Of a stretch of DNA of 59,762 bases, positions 28,750 to 38,459 are shown piece by piece. The DNA comes from Bacteroidaceae bacterium (GTDB taxonomy: Bacteria; Bacteroidota; Bacteroidia; Bacteroidales; Bacteroidaceae). The stretch spans positions 1 to 59,762 of the forward strand of contig JAILFY010000225.1 in the NCBI GenBank assembly GCA_024697285.1, in the 5' to 3' direction. The notes under the pieces are model-generated. The model did no database searches. It was given only the letters and a program-made list of their open reading frames with translations, and had not been told where the DNA came from. The position numbers and the translations under genes are program-made. Numbering within the stretch: position 1 is the first letter of the stretch; each line of letters starts with the position of its first letter.

Positions 28750-30948
28750 TTACAGTCCGATAAGACCCTTCCAGCTGATGAACCACTTGTTGGGGTCGCT
28801 GACGAGGGGTCCGACGGAGGAATCGCGTTGGCTCAGCTTCTGTGACATATAGGTACCCTTGTCGGTACTGCGATATGCAGCGCGCATGAGCTGACCGAAG
28901 CGGAATCCTTCGAAAGCTGTTTCCAGTGCTGATTCCACATCCAGAAGGCTGTCGACAACGATAACCTGACGGGCGTGGACCTGAGGTACTGCATAGTTGC
29001 GATACCAAGTGGCTACGTCGTCGGCCCATTTCTGCTGGATGCTGTCGGAGTAGGCAATCATCTCAGCCTCAAAGGCCTGAACGGCAGCAAGCTTCTGTGC
29101 ATTTGTTCCTGTGAAAGTAGTGAGGTCCAAAATGGTGATACCATCATTTGCTACAGCCCAGGGGAAGAACTCTGTGTTGTTGTTGAGAATCGTCTCTAAG
29201 TTCTCAGCAGCAGAGGTGAAGGTGCCCAGTGCATTGTACACAGGAGGCTGCGTGGGATAACCCGTGGAGTCAGCCGGTGCATCGTTGTTGGGATCGTAGT
29301 ATTTCGGATTGGCAATGGAGAAACCGCTGCCACGTGCATGGAGACCAATCTGGTTGACGTTGCTGGATTCTTCTTCGGAATTGATGTTGGGCTCGCCATT
29401 TGTCTTGTAGCTCTGCACACGTGTCTGGAAGAACTTGGTGGGGAAGTCAAAGTACTTGACAAAGGTGCTGTCGGCGGTCGTCGTGCACTGGCTGAGCACT
29501 TCGTGGTTGATAACGACGTTGTCCAGACCTGTGGTGAGAATGGCGAGGGCGAATTTCGGGAAACCTGCCACGTTCAGCGCTTCGGCCATACGCAGATAGA
29601 CGTCACCCGTGCGATAGATGATAACATCCTGGGGGAAATAGGTCTTCCATATCATCTGTGACTCGTAGTCATGGTCGCCACGGTAGTCGGTGCTGATATT
29701 AGCAGGCAGACGCAGGTCGCCTAAGTAGTGCTTAGTGAGCTGTGTCTCGGTGAGGACGCTGGATGTGACGTAGTTGGTCACATAGTTTGTTCCATCGTGG
29801 TAATACTCTGCATAGATCTGTCCGTCGGAGTAATCGTAGCAAGCCTGAGAGGGAGATATACTGGCTTCGACGTCTTCGTTCTCCATGTCGTAGTTGTAGA
29901 GGACACGAAGTTCATTGTAGTTCTCGTCGGAGGCCAGGGAGTCCATGGCGATGGCTGTGATCACTTCGTCCCTTGTGGTACCGAAGGAGGTGGTGCTCCA
30001 GTAGGCGTTGTTAGAGTTCTGGAAGCTGGTGAAGTCGCTGGTGGTGAAGCAGCGAGAGGGCCAGTAGGTGCGACGTGTGGAGGTCACGGTCTTCTGCTTG
30101 TAGCCTTCGTTGTTGTCGACACCAATCTCAGTGGGCAGCCAAGTGATGTAGTCGTAGTAGGACTTGGCTGCTTCGCGGGCCAGGTTCTGGTCTTGCTTGA
30201 TGCTGGCGCTCCAGAGGTAGAGATCACCTAAGACCAATTGTATGGGCATAACAGCCATGCGATTCGGCATAGCGTAGCCGTAGACATTATGGTGATAGGG
30301 ATATGCAAACCAGCTGACGAAGGGTTTCAGGTCGTCGATGAAATAGTCGCAAATCTGTTCCAGAGTCATCTTACTGCTGGAAGCATCGCTCAGGATGTTA
30401 TTCGCGTCGTCCAGCGAAAGCACGGGTTTGGTGATGACGGGAATGTTTGAGCCATAGATCTGTCCGAGCTGGAGATAAACCCAAGCGCGGATGGCGCGAA
30501 CGGCACAGTATTCTGCCTGGAAGACGCGGAAGTCATAGGCGGACTGGGTCGTGGCATCGAACCTACGCTCGAACAAGGCGGTGTCGGCGTTGGCCAGATA
30601 ATAGTTGCAGTTGTTGATGACTGCGTAGTAGTCGCGCGGATCGTTGTAGGCATTGTCATCTGTCACGGAGAAGTTGGCAATCTCCTTCAGGTCCGAATTG
30701 GCGTTGGCGTTGACGACGACGAGGTCACCGCGAAGCTCTCCATAGAGATTCGTGCGCACAGCAATCTTCTGAAGTTGTGCCAGGATTCCCACGAACGAGT
30801 TGACGGTGTCGGTGCCCTGTGTAAGATGGTTCTCGTCTGCATAGAGCACATCGTCGTTGCCCATATCAAGCATATCGTCGCAGGAGGTGATGGCTGTGGC
30901 CATTATCGCCAGCAAGGCAAAGGGCAGGATATATTTAATTCTTTTCAT
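28750..30948 (-). CDS. SusD/RagB-family outer-membrane lipoprotein (732 aa, unusually long)
   Basis: Lipobox AITSC followed by DDM. It sits immediately downstream of a SusC-like gene. SusD-like N-terminal helical region (YAVINNCNYYLANAD, RAIRAWVYLQLGQIYG). Confidence 0.8.
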   Translation of the reverse strand: MKRIKYILPFALLAIMATAITSCDDMLDMGNDDVLYADENHLTQGTDTVNSFVGILAQLQKIAVRTNLYGELRGDLVVVNANANSDLKEIANFSVTDDNAYNDPRDYYAVINNCNYYLANADTALFERRFDATTQSAYDFRVFQAEYCAVRAIRAWVYLQLGQIYGSNIPVITKPVLSLDDANNILSDASSSKMTLEQICDYFIDDLKPFVSWFAYPYHHNVYGYAMPNRMAVMPIQLVLGDLYLWSASIKQDQNLAREAAKSYYDYITWLPTEIGVDNNEGYKQKTVTSTRRTYWPSRCFTTSDFTSFQNSNNAYWSTTSFGTTRDEVITAIAMDSLASDENYNELRVLYNYDMENEDVEASISPSQACYDYSDGQIYAEYYHDGTNYVTNYVTSSVLTETQLTKHYLGDLRLPANISTDYRGDHDYESQMIWKTYFPQDVIIYRTGDVYLRMAEALNVAGFPKFALAILTTGLDNVVINHEVLSQCTTTADSTFVKYFDFPTKFFQTRVQSYKTNGEPNINSEEESSNVNQIGLHARGSGFSIANPKYYDPNNDAPADSTGYPTQPPVYNALGTFTSAAENLETILNNNTEFFPWAVANDGITILDLTTFTGTNAQKLAAVQAFEAEMIAYSDSIQQKWADDVATWYRNYAVPQVHARQVIVVDSLLDVESALETAFEGFRFGQLMRAAYRSTDKGTYMSQKLSQRDSSVGPLVSDPNKWFISWKGLIGL

Positions 30949-30984
30949 ATCTTTAAGTCGTTAAGCGATTATGCGTATAGACGT

Positions 30985-33900
30985 TTAGAGGTTGATTTTT
31001 ACACCCACATTTACAGTGCGGCCCTGAGAAACCCATCCAGCATCAATGCCCTGATAGAGGACGCTGTTGGACATGGAGAACTCGGGATCTGTTCCGAGAT
31101 AGCGTGTGAGGGTGAAGAGGTTGGTGGCGTTGCCCCAAACGGTGATACCCTGGATATAGGTATTGTTGATGGGGAGCTTGTAGCTGAGTGTTACGTTCTT
31201 GAGGCGTAAGTAGCTGCCATCTTCAATCCAACGGTCAGAGAAGGCGCTGTTGCCCATGGGATCGCCATAGGTGACACGCGGAACATCTGTGACTTGTCCC
31301 TCGTAGGTCCAACGATTGAGCAGGTTGGTTGTCTGGTTCATGAAGCGAGAACCGGACTCCAGCTGCTGACGCATATAGTTGTAGACGTCTCCACCGAGGC
31401 TGTAGTTGAAGCCGAGTTCGAGAGTAAGACGACGGTAGGAGAGGGTTGTCCAGAGATTGCCATAGATATCGGGATTGGCATCGCCGATGAATGTGCGGTC
31501 GTTGTCGTCTATCCGTCCATTGTTGTCTTGGTCTACATATTTCACGTCGCCGGAGGTGAAGTAGGTCTTTGTCTCTCCGTCGGCAGCCAAGCGGTAGAGT
31601 CCGTCGGCGGCTGCTTCTGCATCGGTGGAATAGACGATACCGCCAGAAGGTGTCTTGGCTGTCTGCAAACCATAGAAACAATTGATGCTGTTGCCAACCT
31701 GGCTGCGGATGGTACCTCCGAGAACGGAGTGATCTTCGTAGTCCAGATTATCGGGCAGCTCGGTGAGAGTGTTGACATAGTGTCCGACACTTGCGCCTAC
31801 ACTCCAGTTCCATTTGTTACCAGAGATGACGTGTGCGGTGAGGCTTACGTCGAAACCTTGGTTCTCCAGCTTGCCGCCGTTGCTCCAGTACTGACTGATA
31901 CCTGTGAGGAAGTTGGAGCTGCGGAGAGTGAGAAGGTCGCTGGTCCAGGAATAGAAGTAGTTGAAGGCTGCAGCAAGGCGGTTGTTGAGGAAGCGTGCTT
32001 CCACACCGGCGTTGAACCGACGGGTCGTCTCCCACTTGAGTTCGGTGTTACCGATGTTCTCGAAGCTCAGACCGGGGGTGGAACTCAGGAACAAGCGGCT
32101 CTTGAAATAGCTCTTGGAGGCGTCGAAGGGGAGATTGTCGTTACCGCTGAGGCCATAACCTGTCTGCAACTTCAGATAGTCCACTCCTTGCACATCGAAC
32201 CAGGGCTCGTTGGAAACCACCCATCCTGCCTGGAGGCTGGGGAAGATTCCCCATACGACACCGCCAAGCTTCAGGCCATCGGCGTCGCGACCGAATTGGG
32301 AGTTGGTCTCCATGGCGATGTCACCCTGCAAGTAGTAGCGGTTGGCGTAGTTGTATTTTGCCTGACCATACCAGGAGAGGGATGCCCAGTTCTCGCGGGT
32401 GCCGTCGATCTGCTTCTGGGCGGTGCCGGAGATAAGAGGAGTCTTGTCGTTGCCGGTGTTATAACCGCTCTGGCTGGTGAGGTAGTAGCCTTCGTTGATG
32501 AATCGGAAACCACCCATCACGTCGATGCTATGTGCATCATAGCGGTTGTTCCATTGCACCTTTGTATCGCTGAGGATACTGTTCTGGCGGGAGTAGAGCG
32601 AACCGATCATATTGTCCATCTTCTGGTGGAAAGCCTGTACCCAGAATGCGGGAACACCATTCATCGGGATGTAGCGTTTCTCGTTGGTGTTGACCAGAGA
32701 ATAGCTGAACAAGGAGGAGAACTTCAGGTGTTTGTTGGGATGCCAGGAGGGGGTGATGGCCAGATTGACGTAGGAATTGTCGTAGTAGTTCTTGTTCTGA
32801 GCAGTTCCGTACTCCAGAATGGCGGTGGGATTAGCCAACTCGTAGTTGGAGTTCCTCAGCTGGGAAATCTCAGAGAGGTAATCCTCGTCGTCGATATCCA
32901 AGTGAGCAGTGGAGATGATGCCAGGACCATTGTTGGATGCTACAAAGCTGTAGGGAGAGAGCATGGGGCTCTTGGCATAGCCCAGGAAGTTCAGTGAGGT
33001 CACTGTGCTCTGCTCGTAGTCCTCGGGGGCACCCAGGTCGTAGAGCTTGCGGGTGGAGTTGCTGAAGCTGGCGTCGAAGCGGACGTCGATCCAGTCGGTG
33101 ATCTTGATATCCGTGTTGAATCGGATATTCAAGCGGTTGTAGTTCATCTCTTTGATGGTCTCGTCGGCGTGATAATAACCCAGCGAGAGCATGTAGTTGG
33201 CCACGTCACCACCACCTTGTACACTTAGACCATAGCGCTGAGCGACGGCTGCGTTGTACACTTCCTTTGTCCAGTCCGTGTTGTTGGAGTACTTGTTGTA
33301 GTAGTAGTTGTAGTTGTACGGGTCAGCGGAGTTGTAGGGACGCTCATCCACGAACTTGAAGGAAAGCATCTTCGTACCAGTGGACTGCATGAGTGAACTG
33401 GCATAAGTCTTGAACTGAGAGCCACTCAACATGCTGTAGTGATCAGGGATGAATTCCACACCTACGCTGGCTGTTGCAGCAATGCGAGTAGCCAAGGAGG
33501 TGTTGCGCTTTGTGTTGATGAGGATGACTCCGTTCGCACCTTTTGCGCCATAGATAGCGGTACCATTGCGCATGACCTCAACACTCTCGATGTCGTTGAC
33601 GTTGAAGTTGGAGAGGACGTCGTTGTAGAAGCCGGAGTGAATCATTTCGCGGTCGTACTGCATTTCGGTGATGACACCGTCGATGACCACGAGAGGCTGA
33701 GCGTTGGAGAGGTAACTGCCTACACCACTTATCTGCATGTAAGCACCCAGTCCGTTGATACCGCTGCGCTCTGTCGTATAGACATCGGCACCCAGCTGGT
33801 TCTCTATTTCCGTGGCAACGTTGGCGGCAGAGGAGAAATCGAAGCCGCCGGCACGGGAGTGACCGAGGATGTTGTCGTCTTCGCCATAGAGAGCTTTGGC

Positions 33901-34287
33901 AGCATCGCTTTGCATGACGATATCACGCAGATGTCCACTCTCGTTGAGTCCCACGCGTACCTTATTATATCCAGGGATGGTGACTTCTACGGCCGAGCTG
34001 TAGAGGGGAACGTTCAGTTTGAAGGTTCCGTCTTCTTCAGTAAGTGCTGAATAGCCATTGCCGGCAATAGACTGTACGAGGACACCTGCCAAGGGGGCGA
34101 GGCCCTGCTGGCTCACTACCCGTCCCGTGATCTCGCGGGTGGGTTCCTGTTTCTTCGCGGCAGCCTTTCGTGCACGCAACACGGCGGTGGTGTCGATTTC
34201 TTCTTCCTCGATTTCGTCCTGCGCAAATCCGGCAACAGGAGCAGCTACGAGAAACAGGGAGAAACAAATATATCCTATTGTCTTCAT
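30985..34287 (-). CDS. SusC/RagA-family TonB-dependent outer-membrane transporter
   Basis: Signal peptide, carboxypeptidase-regulatory-like N-domain (ITGRVVSQQGLAPLAGVLVQ), a plug (AIYGAKGANGVILINTKR), and a long beta-barrel ending in NVGVKINL. Confidence 0.9.
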   Translation of the reverse strand: MKTIGYICFSLFLVAAPVAGFAQDEIEEEEIDTTAVLRARKAAAKKQEPTREITGRVVSQQGLAPLAGVLVQSIAGNGYSALTEEDGTFKLNVPLYSSAVEVTIPGYNKVRVGLNESGHLRDIVMQSDAAKALYGEDDNILGHSRAGGFDFSSAANVATEIENQLGADVYTTERSGINGLGAYMQISGVGSYLSNAQPLVVIDGVITEMQYDREMIHSGFYNDVLSNFNVNDIESVEVMRNGTAIYGAKGANGVILINTKRNTSLATRIAATASVGVEFIPDHYSMLSGSQFKTYASSLMQSTGTKMLSFKFVDERPYNSADPYNYNYYYNKYSNNTDWTKEVYNAAVAQRYGLSVQGGGDVANYMLSLGYYHADETIKEMNYNRLNIRFNTDIKITDWIDVRFDASFSNSTRKLYDLGAPEDYEQSTVTSLNFLGYAKSPMLSPYSFVASNNGPGIISTAHLDIDDEDYLSEISQLRNSNYELANPTAILEYGTAQNKNYYDNSYVNLAITPSWHPNKHLKFSSLFSYSLVNTNEKRYIPMNGVPAFWVQAFHQKMDNMIGSLYSRQNSILSDTKVQWNNRYDAHSIDVMGGFRFINEGYYLTSQSGYNTGNDKTPLISGTAQKQIDGTRENWASLSWYGQAKYNYANRYYLQGDIAMETNSQFGRDADGLKLGGVVWGIFPSLQAGWVVSNEPWFDVQGVDYLKLQTGYGLSGNDNLPFDASKSYFKSRLFLSSTPGLSFENIGNTELKWETTRRFNAGVEARFLNNRLAAAFNYFYSWTSDLLTLRSSNFLTGISQYWSNGGKLENQGFDVSLTAHVISGNKWNWSVGASVGHYVNTLTELPDNLDYEDHSVLGGTIRSQVGNSINCFYGLQTAKTPSGGIVYSTDAEAAADGLYRLAADGETKTYFTSGDVKYVDQDNNGRIDDNDRTFIGDANPDIYGNLWTTLSYRRLTLELGFNYSLGGDVYNYMRQQLESGSRFMNQTTNLLNRWTYEGQVTDVPRVTYGDPMGNSAFSDRWIEDGSYLRLKNVTLSYKLPINNTYIQGITVWGNATNLFTLTRYLGTDPEFSMSNSVLYQGIDAGWVSQGRTVNVGVKINL

Positions 34288-36236
34288 AGTGAGATGTTGA
34301 ATTCTTTCAGGTTAGACAAATCGAGTTGGAAGTTGTTGGCTTCTTCTTCCGTCTCGAACGGAATGTAGATGATGCGGTTTATGCGCATAATATTAGTCTG
34401 CTGACCTCTGGAGAGTGCCGAGTTGCTGACGTCGGAAGCGACACTGTAGCGGAGAACCGTTTCCGTGTTGGCGCTCAGGAAATTGTATGACGAGAAGGTC
34501 GGCTTGCGAGCTTTGTCGATGCAGATGATGTCAATTTCATTGCCAGTGGTCATGAATTTCGTGGCGCTACCAGCGCTGTGGGTTTCCCCTGCGGGCACCT
34601 TCAGAAGGTGTTCGGGCTTGCGGTCGTTCTTCTGCTCGTCGTACTTGAGGTCGTCGTTGGGGTAGGACTGCATGAAGGCGCTGTCCTGCTTGTCTGTACG
34701 TTCCTCTTCCAGGCGCTCGTGGAAATAGCACTCAAAACGCATAGGCAGTACCTCGGACTTCTGATAACCATCGTAGGAGAGGTAGGGAGGAACCATCACC
34801 AGATATACGTTATAATAGAGGTTGGCAAACGTATTGGGGAGGTAGAAGTACATACGGCTGGTGGTGTTCTTCACGCCAGGGTAGGCCAAAGGTGCCACCT
34901 CTAGGTAGTTCTCTCCCTTGAGGACATTCTGTTGCTTCAGCAGACTTACATCATAAGTTGTGCCCTCGTAAGTGACTGTGTCCACGAAGGAGCGGATGGT
35001 TGTCTGCACGGCAGGTACTATTTCTCCTGCATATCCAATCTTGGAGAGGTTGAAGTAGCGGGGACTTGTTGCCATGAGATAGCGAGACTCCAAGAAGGTG
35101 TTCTTGGGATCCACTCTGCCTTCTGTATCTTTGTAGATCCGGCCGTTGGAGCAGCTCCAAGGTGTGAGTCCGTCGAGGATGCCACCTGCTTCATTGGGCT
35201 GGTAGAAGACGTTGAGACCATAGTAGTCTTTGTGGCGAACATACATGGTATTGACCAAGGAATCACATTCCTCGATTTTCTTACCACGCTGACCATTCAT
35301 GTTGAACATCCTGCCTCGGATGATGGCAATCTTGGCGTTCAGGAGAGCCACACTGTCGCGGTTCTGGACGTCCTTGACGTAGTTGAACAAGGGTGAGAAG
35401 CGTACCAATTCTTTACTCCATACATCGTTGGTGGGAGCCAAGAAGGCGTAGGAGCTGTCCTCGCGGGCAATCCATCCTAAAGTACTGTAGAGTTGGTTGC
35501 TCAGGTTCAGTACAGAGTCAGCGTAAACGATCTTACCATTGACAATGCCTCTCTGCACGCTGGCACTCTCGTCGAGGGAGTATTGGTCGAAGAGGGTGTA
35601 GAAGGCAGCCACGCTGTCGAGGTCTGCGTCGAGCAGCAGGTGGTCACGAACACTCGGTATGAAGACGAGGGGACTGCTGAGGGTGTAGAGAATACCATTA
35701 TTGGCCACCACATTCTTGCGGACGAAGGTGGCTTCGTTGAGGGCATTCTCGGTAAGCACCATGTATTTGCCATTCATCATTCTGATGGAGTCGGAATAGT
35801 TCTCATATACCGAGCGACCGTACAGGGCGATGTGGTTCTGCAGGAACTGTGTGATGGCTTTGTTGTCCTTGTCTTGGATATATCGCTGCGAGCCATCAGG
35901 CATTGTTATAATGGTGTGCTTCTGTGTGTCATAGAGGGCTATGATACTGTCGGCCTGTTCCGTGGTGAGGGCAGGAGCCCACACTGTCAGCGACTGTGGG
36001 CCATCGAGCACGAGGTCGTAGCCGATATGTTCCAGCACGCGCTGGAATTCTTTCAGACTGCCGTCGGCCTTGATGAGCTCAAAGAGCGAAGGTTGGTTGG
36101 CAGCGTTTTCGTTGTCGGAGTCCTCATAGTGGCTGTTCCAATCGTCGGAGCAGGAACTGATGCCCAGTGCGCCTACTGCGAAGATGGCGGAAGCCATGAG
36201 GGTCAGATATCTGGATGTTTTCATTGTAGTATACAA
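34284..36236 (-). CDS. FAS1 (fasciclin)-domain lipoprotein, 650 aa
   Basis: Lipobox GISSC followed by SDDW. FAS1-like segment LKEFQRVLEHIGYDLVLDGPQSLTVWAPALT. The stop overlaps the SusC ATG as ATGA. An alternative ATG is at 36224. Confidence 0.7.
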   Translation of the reverse strand: MYTTMKTSRYLTLMASAIFAVGALGISSCSDDWNSHYEDSDNENAANQPSLFELIKADGSLKEFQRVLEHIGYDLVLDGPQSLTVWAPALTTEQADSIIALYDTQKHTIITMPDGSQRYIQDKDNKAITQFLQNHIALYGRSVYENYSDSIRMMNGKYMVLTENALNEATFVRKNVVANNGILYTLSSPLVFIPSVRDHLLLDADLDSVAAFYTLFDQYSLDESASVQRGIVNGKIVYADSVLNLSNQLYSTLGWIAREDSSYAFLAPTNDVWSKELVRFSPLFNYVKDVQNRDSVALLNAKIAIIRGRMFNMNGQRGKKIEECDSLVNTMYVRHKDYYGLNVFYQPNEAGGILDGLTPWSCSNGRIYKDTEGRVDPKNTFLESRYLMATSPRYFNLSKIGYAGEIVPAVQTTIRSFVDTVTYEGTTYDVSLLKQQNVLKGENYLEVAPLAYPGVKNTTSRMYFYLPNTFANLYYNVYLVMVPPYLSYDGYQKSEVLPMRFECYFHERLEEERTDKQDSAFMQSYPNDDLKYDEQKNDRKPEHLLKVPAGETHSAGSATKFMTTGNEIDIICIDKARKPTFSSYNFLSANTETVLRYSVASDVSNSALSRGQQTNIMRINRIIYIPFETEEEANNFQLDLSNLKEFNISL

Positions 36237-36268
36237 TTCAGATTGTGGATTACGTTGTTTCGGGTGAA

Positions 36269-38446
36269 TTAGAGGTCGTCTTCGGCAGCCTCTTCATTTT
36301 CTACTCCATATACACTCTTAGGTACAATCTCGATGTAGTCAAGCATCAGCTCGGCTCCACCGATAGCCATGACGGACCTGATGCGCATTGTGTGTTGCTT
36401 GTTTCCGTCGAGGTAGCCTTCGTAGATGACTTTGCGGGGATTACGTGCAGCGCTGGCCGCCGAGCCGGAGTTGGATGTGGAGAGCAGCAAGTCGTTCTTC
36501 ACGCTGCCGGCACCGGTGGTGACATAACGTGTGCTGCGCGGTCCATGATACCATCCGAGGTTGTGCATATCCTTCTTGACTTGGTCCAGACGTTCTTTCT
36601 GAGCAGTGGACATGGTTCCGTCGGGGATGGCAATCCAACCTCCGATACGCTGTGCGAAGACGGCGTCGTCGTTGTTACGCATATCGAGAGGAATACCTTG
36701 GGGGATATCGTCGATATAGAACTGAGCGATACCGCGGGTGGCCATGGCGCAGAAGCCTTGACGAATCTGATACTGACCGGAGGGCACGCTGGGAAGGTTG
36801 AATGTGATGTCGTAGGAGTTGTTGTCTGAACGGAGGTTGAACTCGTCACCCTCGTAGCTCCAGAAGTAGTTACGGCAGTTCTGCAGGAAGAAGTCACCAT
36901 CCTCGGCCACCGTTACGTTGTCCAGATATCCCGGGGGGAAGATATAGTTGCGGGCGTCGGCATTGGGGTCTTCAGTGCCCAGGTTACCCCAGGTGCGGGT
37001 CGTACGCATATCATTGTTCATGCACTCTGGGAAGAGGGTGTAGTAGTCGATACGCATACGATTGTTGAAGACGGTGTTCTGCGTCGTAGCTCCATAGTCG
37101 ATGAGGCGGTCGATGTAGTAATAGACACCATTGACGGCTTCCTGGGTGAGTCCTTCGCCCACGGAGGTGCTTACGATAGCACCGCGCTGGGTCAGGGCCG
37201 GACGAGCAGGATCGTACATACGGTTGAGGTACAACGTGTTCGGAGTTGCATCACCACGGAACTTATTGGCTGTTGCTGCGATGTGCTCCACCTTCAGGGT
37301 GCTCAAGGGATTCATGGTGGAATACCATTCCACGGAGTTCACAAGAGCATGATAGACGGTGCAGTTGGTATAGAGCTTGTTGTACACACCCTTACGGTTT
37401 AGCAAGTGGTAAGCTATCAGCTTGTGCAGGGGGTTGCGTTCGTCCTTCAGGGCTTCGGAGTCCTTACCATAGTAGTCAGAACCGGCTCCTTCAGGATATA
37501 CGGTGCAAGCATAGTCATAGAGATCTTCCCAGGATGTGATGCCATATACGGCTGCGAGCACGCTGTCGGGAACGCAGAAGGCGGTATATCCATAGCGACG
37601 TTCTTCGGGTACGTGGCAGTAGTCATACTGAGCACCTGTCCAGTAGAGCTTCTCCAGATTCTTGGTTCCGCCCAGACGCCATACATAGGGGTCGTAGGAT
37701 GCATCCTTGATGCGGTACATTTCCTGATTCAGACCAGTCATCTCCAAGCAGTTGTAGAAGATGCTGATATTCGGATCTTTCTTCAGCAGCACGGGCAGTG
37801 TTTCGGAGCTGCTGGCCACTAAGCCATCCACTGGGTGCACGACGCCATTTTCTACGGAGTCATTGTGCAGTTCATAGATGATGGTACCGGACTTGTTGAT
37901 GCGGTAGGTGGTAGCTTCCACTTCTTTTATGGTGCCGTCGAGCTGTTCCTGCTGAATGGTGATGGGAACGGACTCGATGGTAAGATAGCGACCGAGGAGG
38001 TTGGTGGATGCGATGAAGGCCGTTGTCGTAGTGGTGGTCTCATCTTCACCAGAAGCCTGGTCCAGTTCTTCACCCAGTTCTGTGGTGAAGTACATCTTGT
38101 CGATGAGTGCCGTGCGAGTGAGCGTGTCGCAGTCTGCCACGGAGAGTTGGTCCACAGAGGTGAGGCCCATCGACTGAAGGTATTCGTCCACGGCCTTGTT
38201 CGTAGGTGCAAAGCAGGTGTAGGTGCCGTAGGTGCTGAGCAGGTCCATCTGTCCGGCGCGCTCCACGATGGCGGCGAACTTGGAGAAGTCTTCATTGTTA
38301 CGAAGCCAGTCGCTGAGCATCTCCGCCTTGTAGGTGTAGAGGTCATCGGCACTCATATCATCACTGCACGACACGAGCGAGAAGCTGGACGCGACAGCCA
38401 CGAAGGCAACTGCCAACAATGCGAAATAGTGATTTATCCTTTTCAT
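36269..38446 (-). CDS. FAS1 (fasciclin)-domain lipoprotein, 725 aa
   Basis: Lipobox SLVSC followed by SDDM. Classic FAS1 motif FSKFAAIVERAGQMDLLSTYGTYTCFAPTNKAVDEYL. Confidence 0.75.
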   Translation of the reverse strand: MKRINHYFALLAVAFVAVASSFSLVSCSDDMSADDLYTYKAEMLSDWLRNNEDFSKFAAIVERAGQMDLLSTYGTYTCFAPTNKAVDEYLQSMGLTSVDQLSVADCDTLTRTALIDKMYFTTELGEELDQASGEDETTTTTTAFIASTNLLGRYLTIESVPITIQQEQLDGTIKEVEATTYRINKSGTIIYELHNDSVENGVVHPVDGLVASSSETLPVLLKKDPNISIFYNCLEMTGLNQEMYRIKDASYDPYVWRLGGTKNLEKLYWTGAQYDYCHVPEERRYGYTAFCVPDSVLAAVYGITSWEDLYDYACTVYPEGAGSDYYGKDSEALKDERNPLHKLIAYHLLNRKGVYNKLYTNCTVYHALVNSVEWYSTMNPLSTLKVEHIAATANKFRGDATPNTLYLNRMYDPARPALTQRGAIVSTSVGEGLTQEAVNGVYYYIDRLIDYGATTQNTVFNNRMRIDYYTLFPECMNNDMRTTRTWGNLGTEDPNADARNYIFPPGYLDNVTVAEDGDFFLQNCRNYFWSYEGDEFNLRSDNNSYDITFNLPSVPSGQYQIRQGFCAMATRGIAQFYIDDIPQGIPLDMRNNDDAVFAQRIGGWIAIPDGTMSTAQKERLDQVKKDMHNLGWYHGPRSTRYVTTGAGSVKNDLLLSTSNSGSAASAARNPRKVIYEGYLDGNKQHTMRIRSVMAIGGAELMLDYIEIVPKSVYGVENEEAAEDDL

Positions 38447-38459
38447 AATTGTATATCTT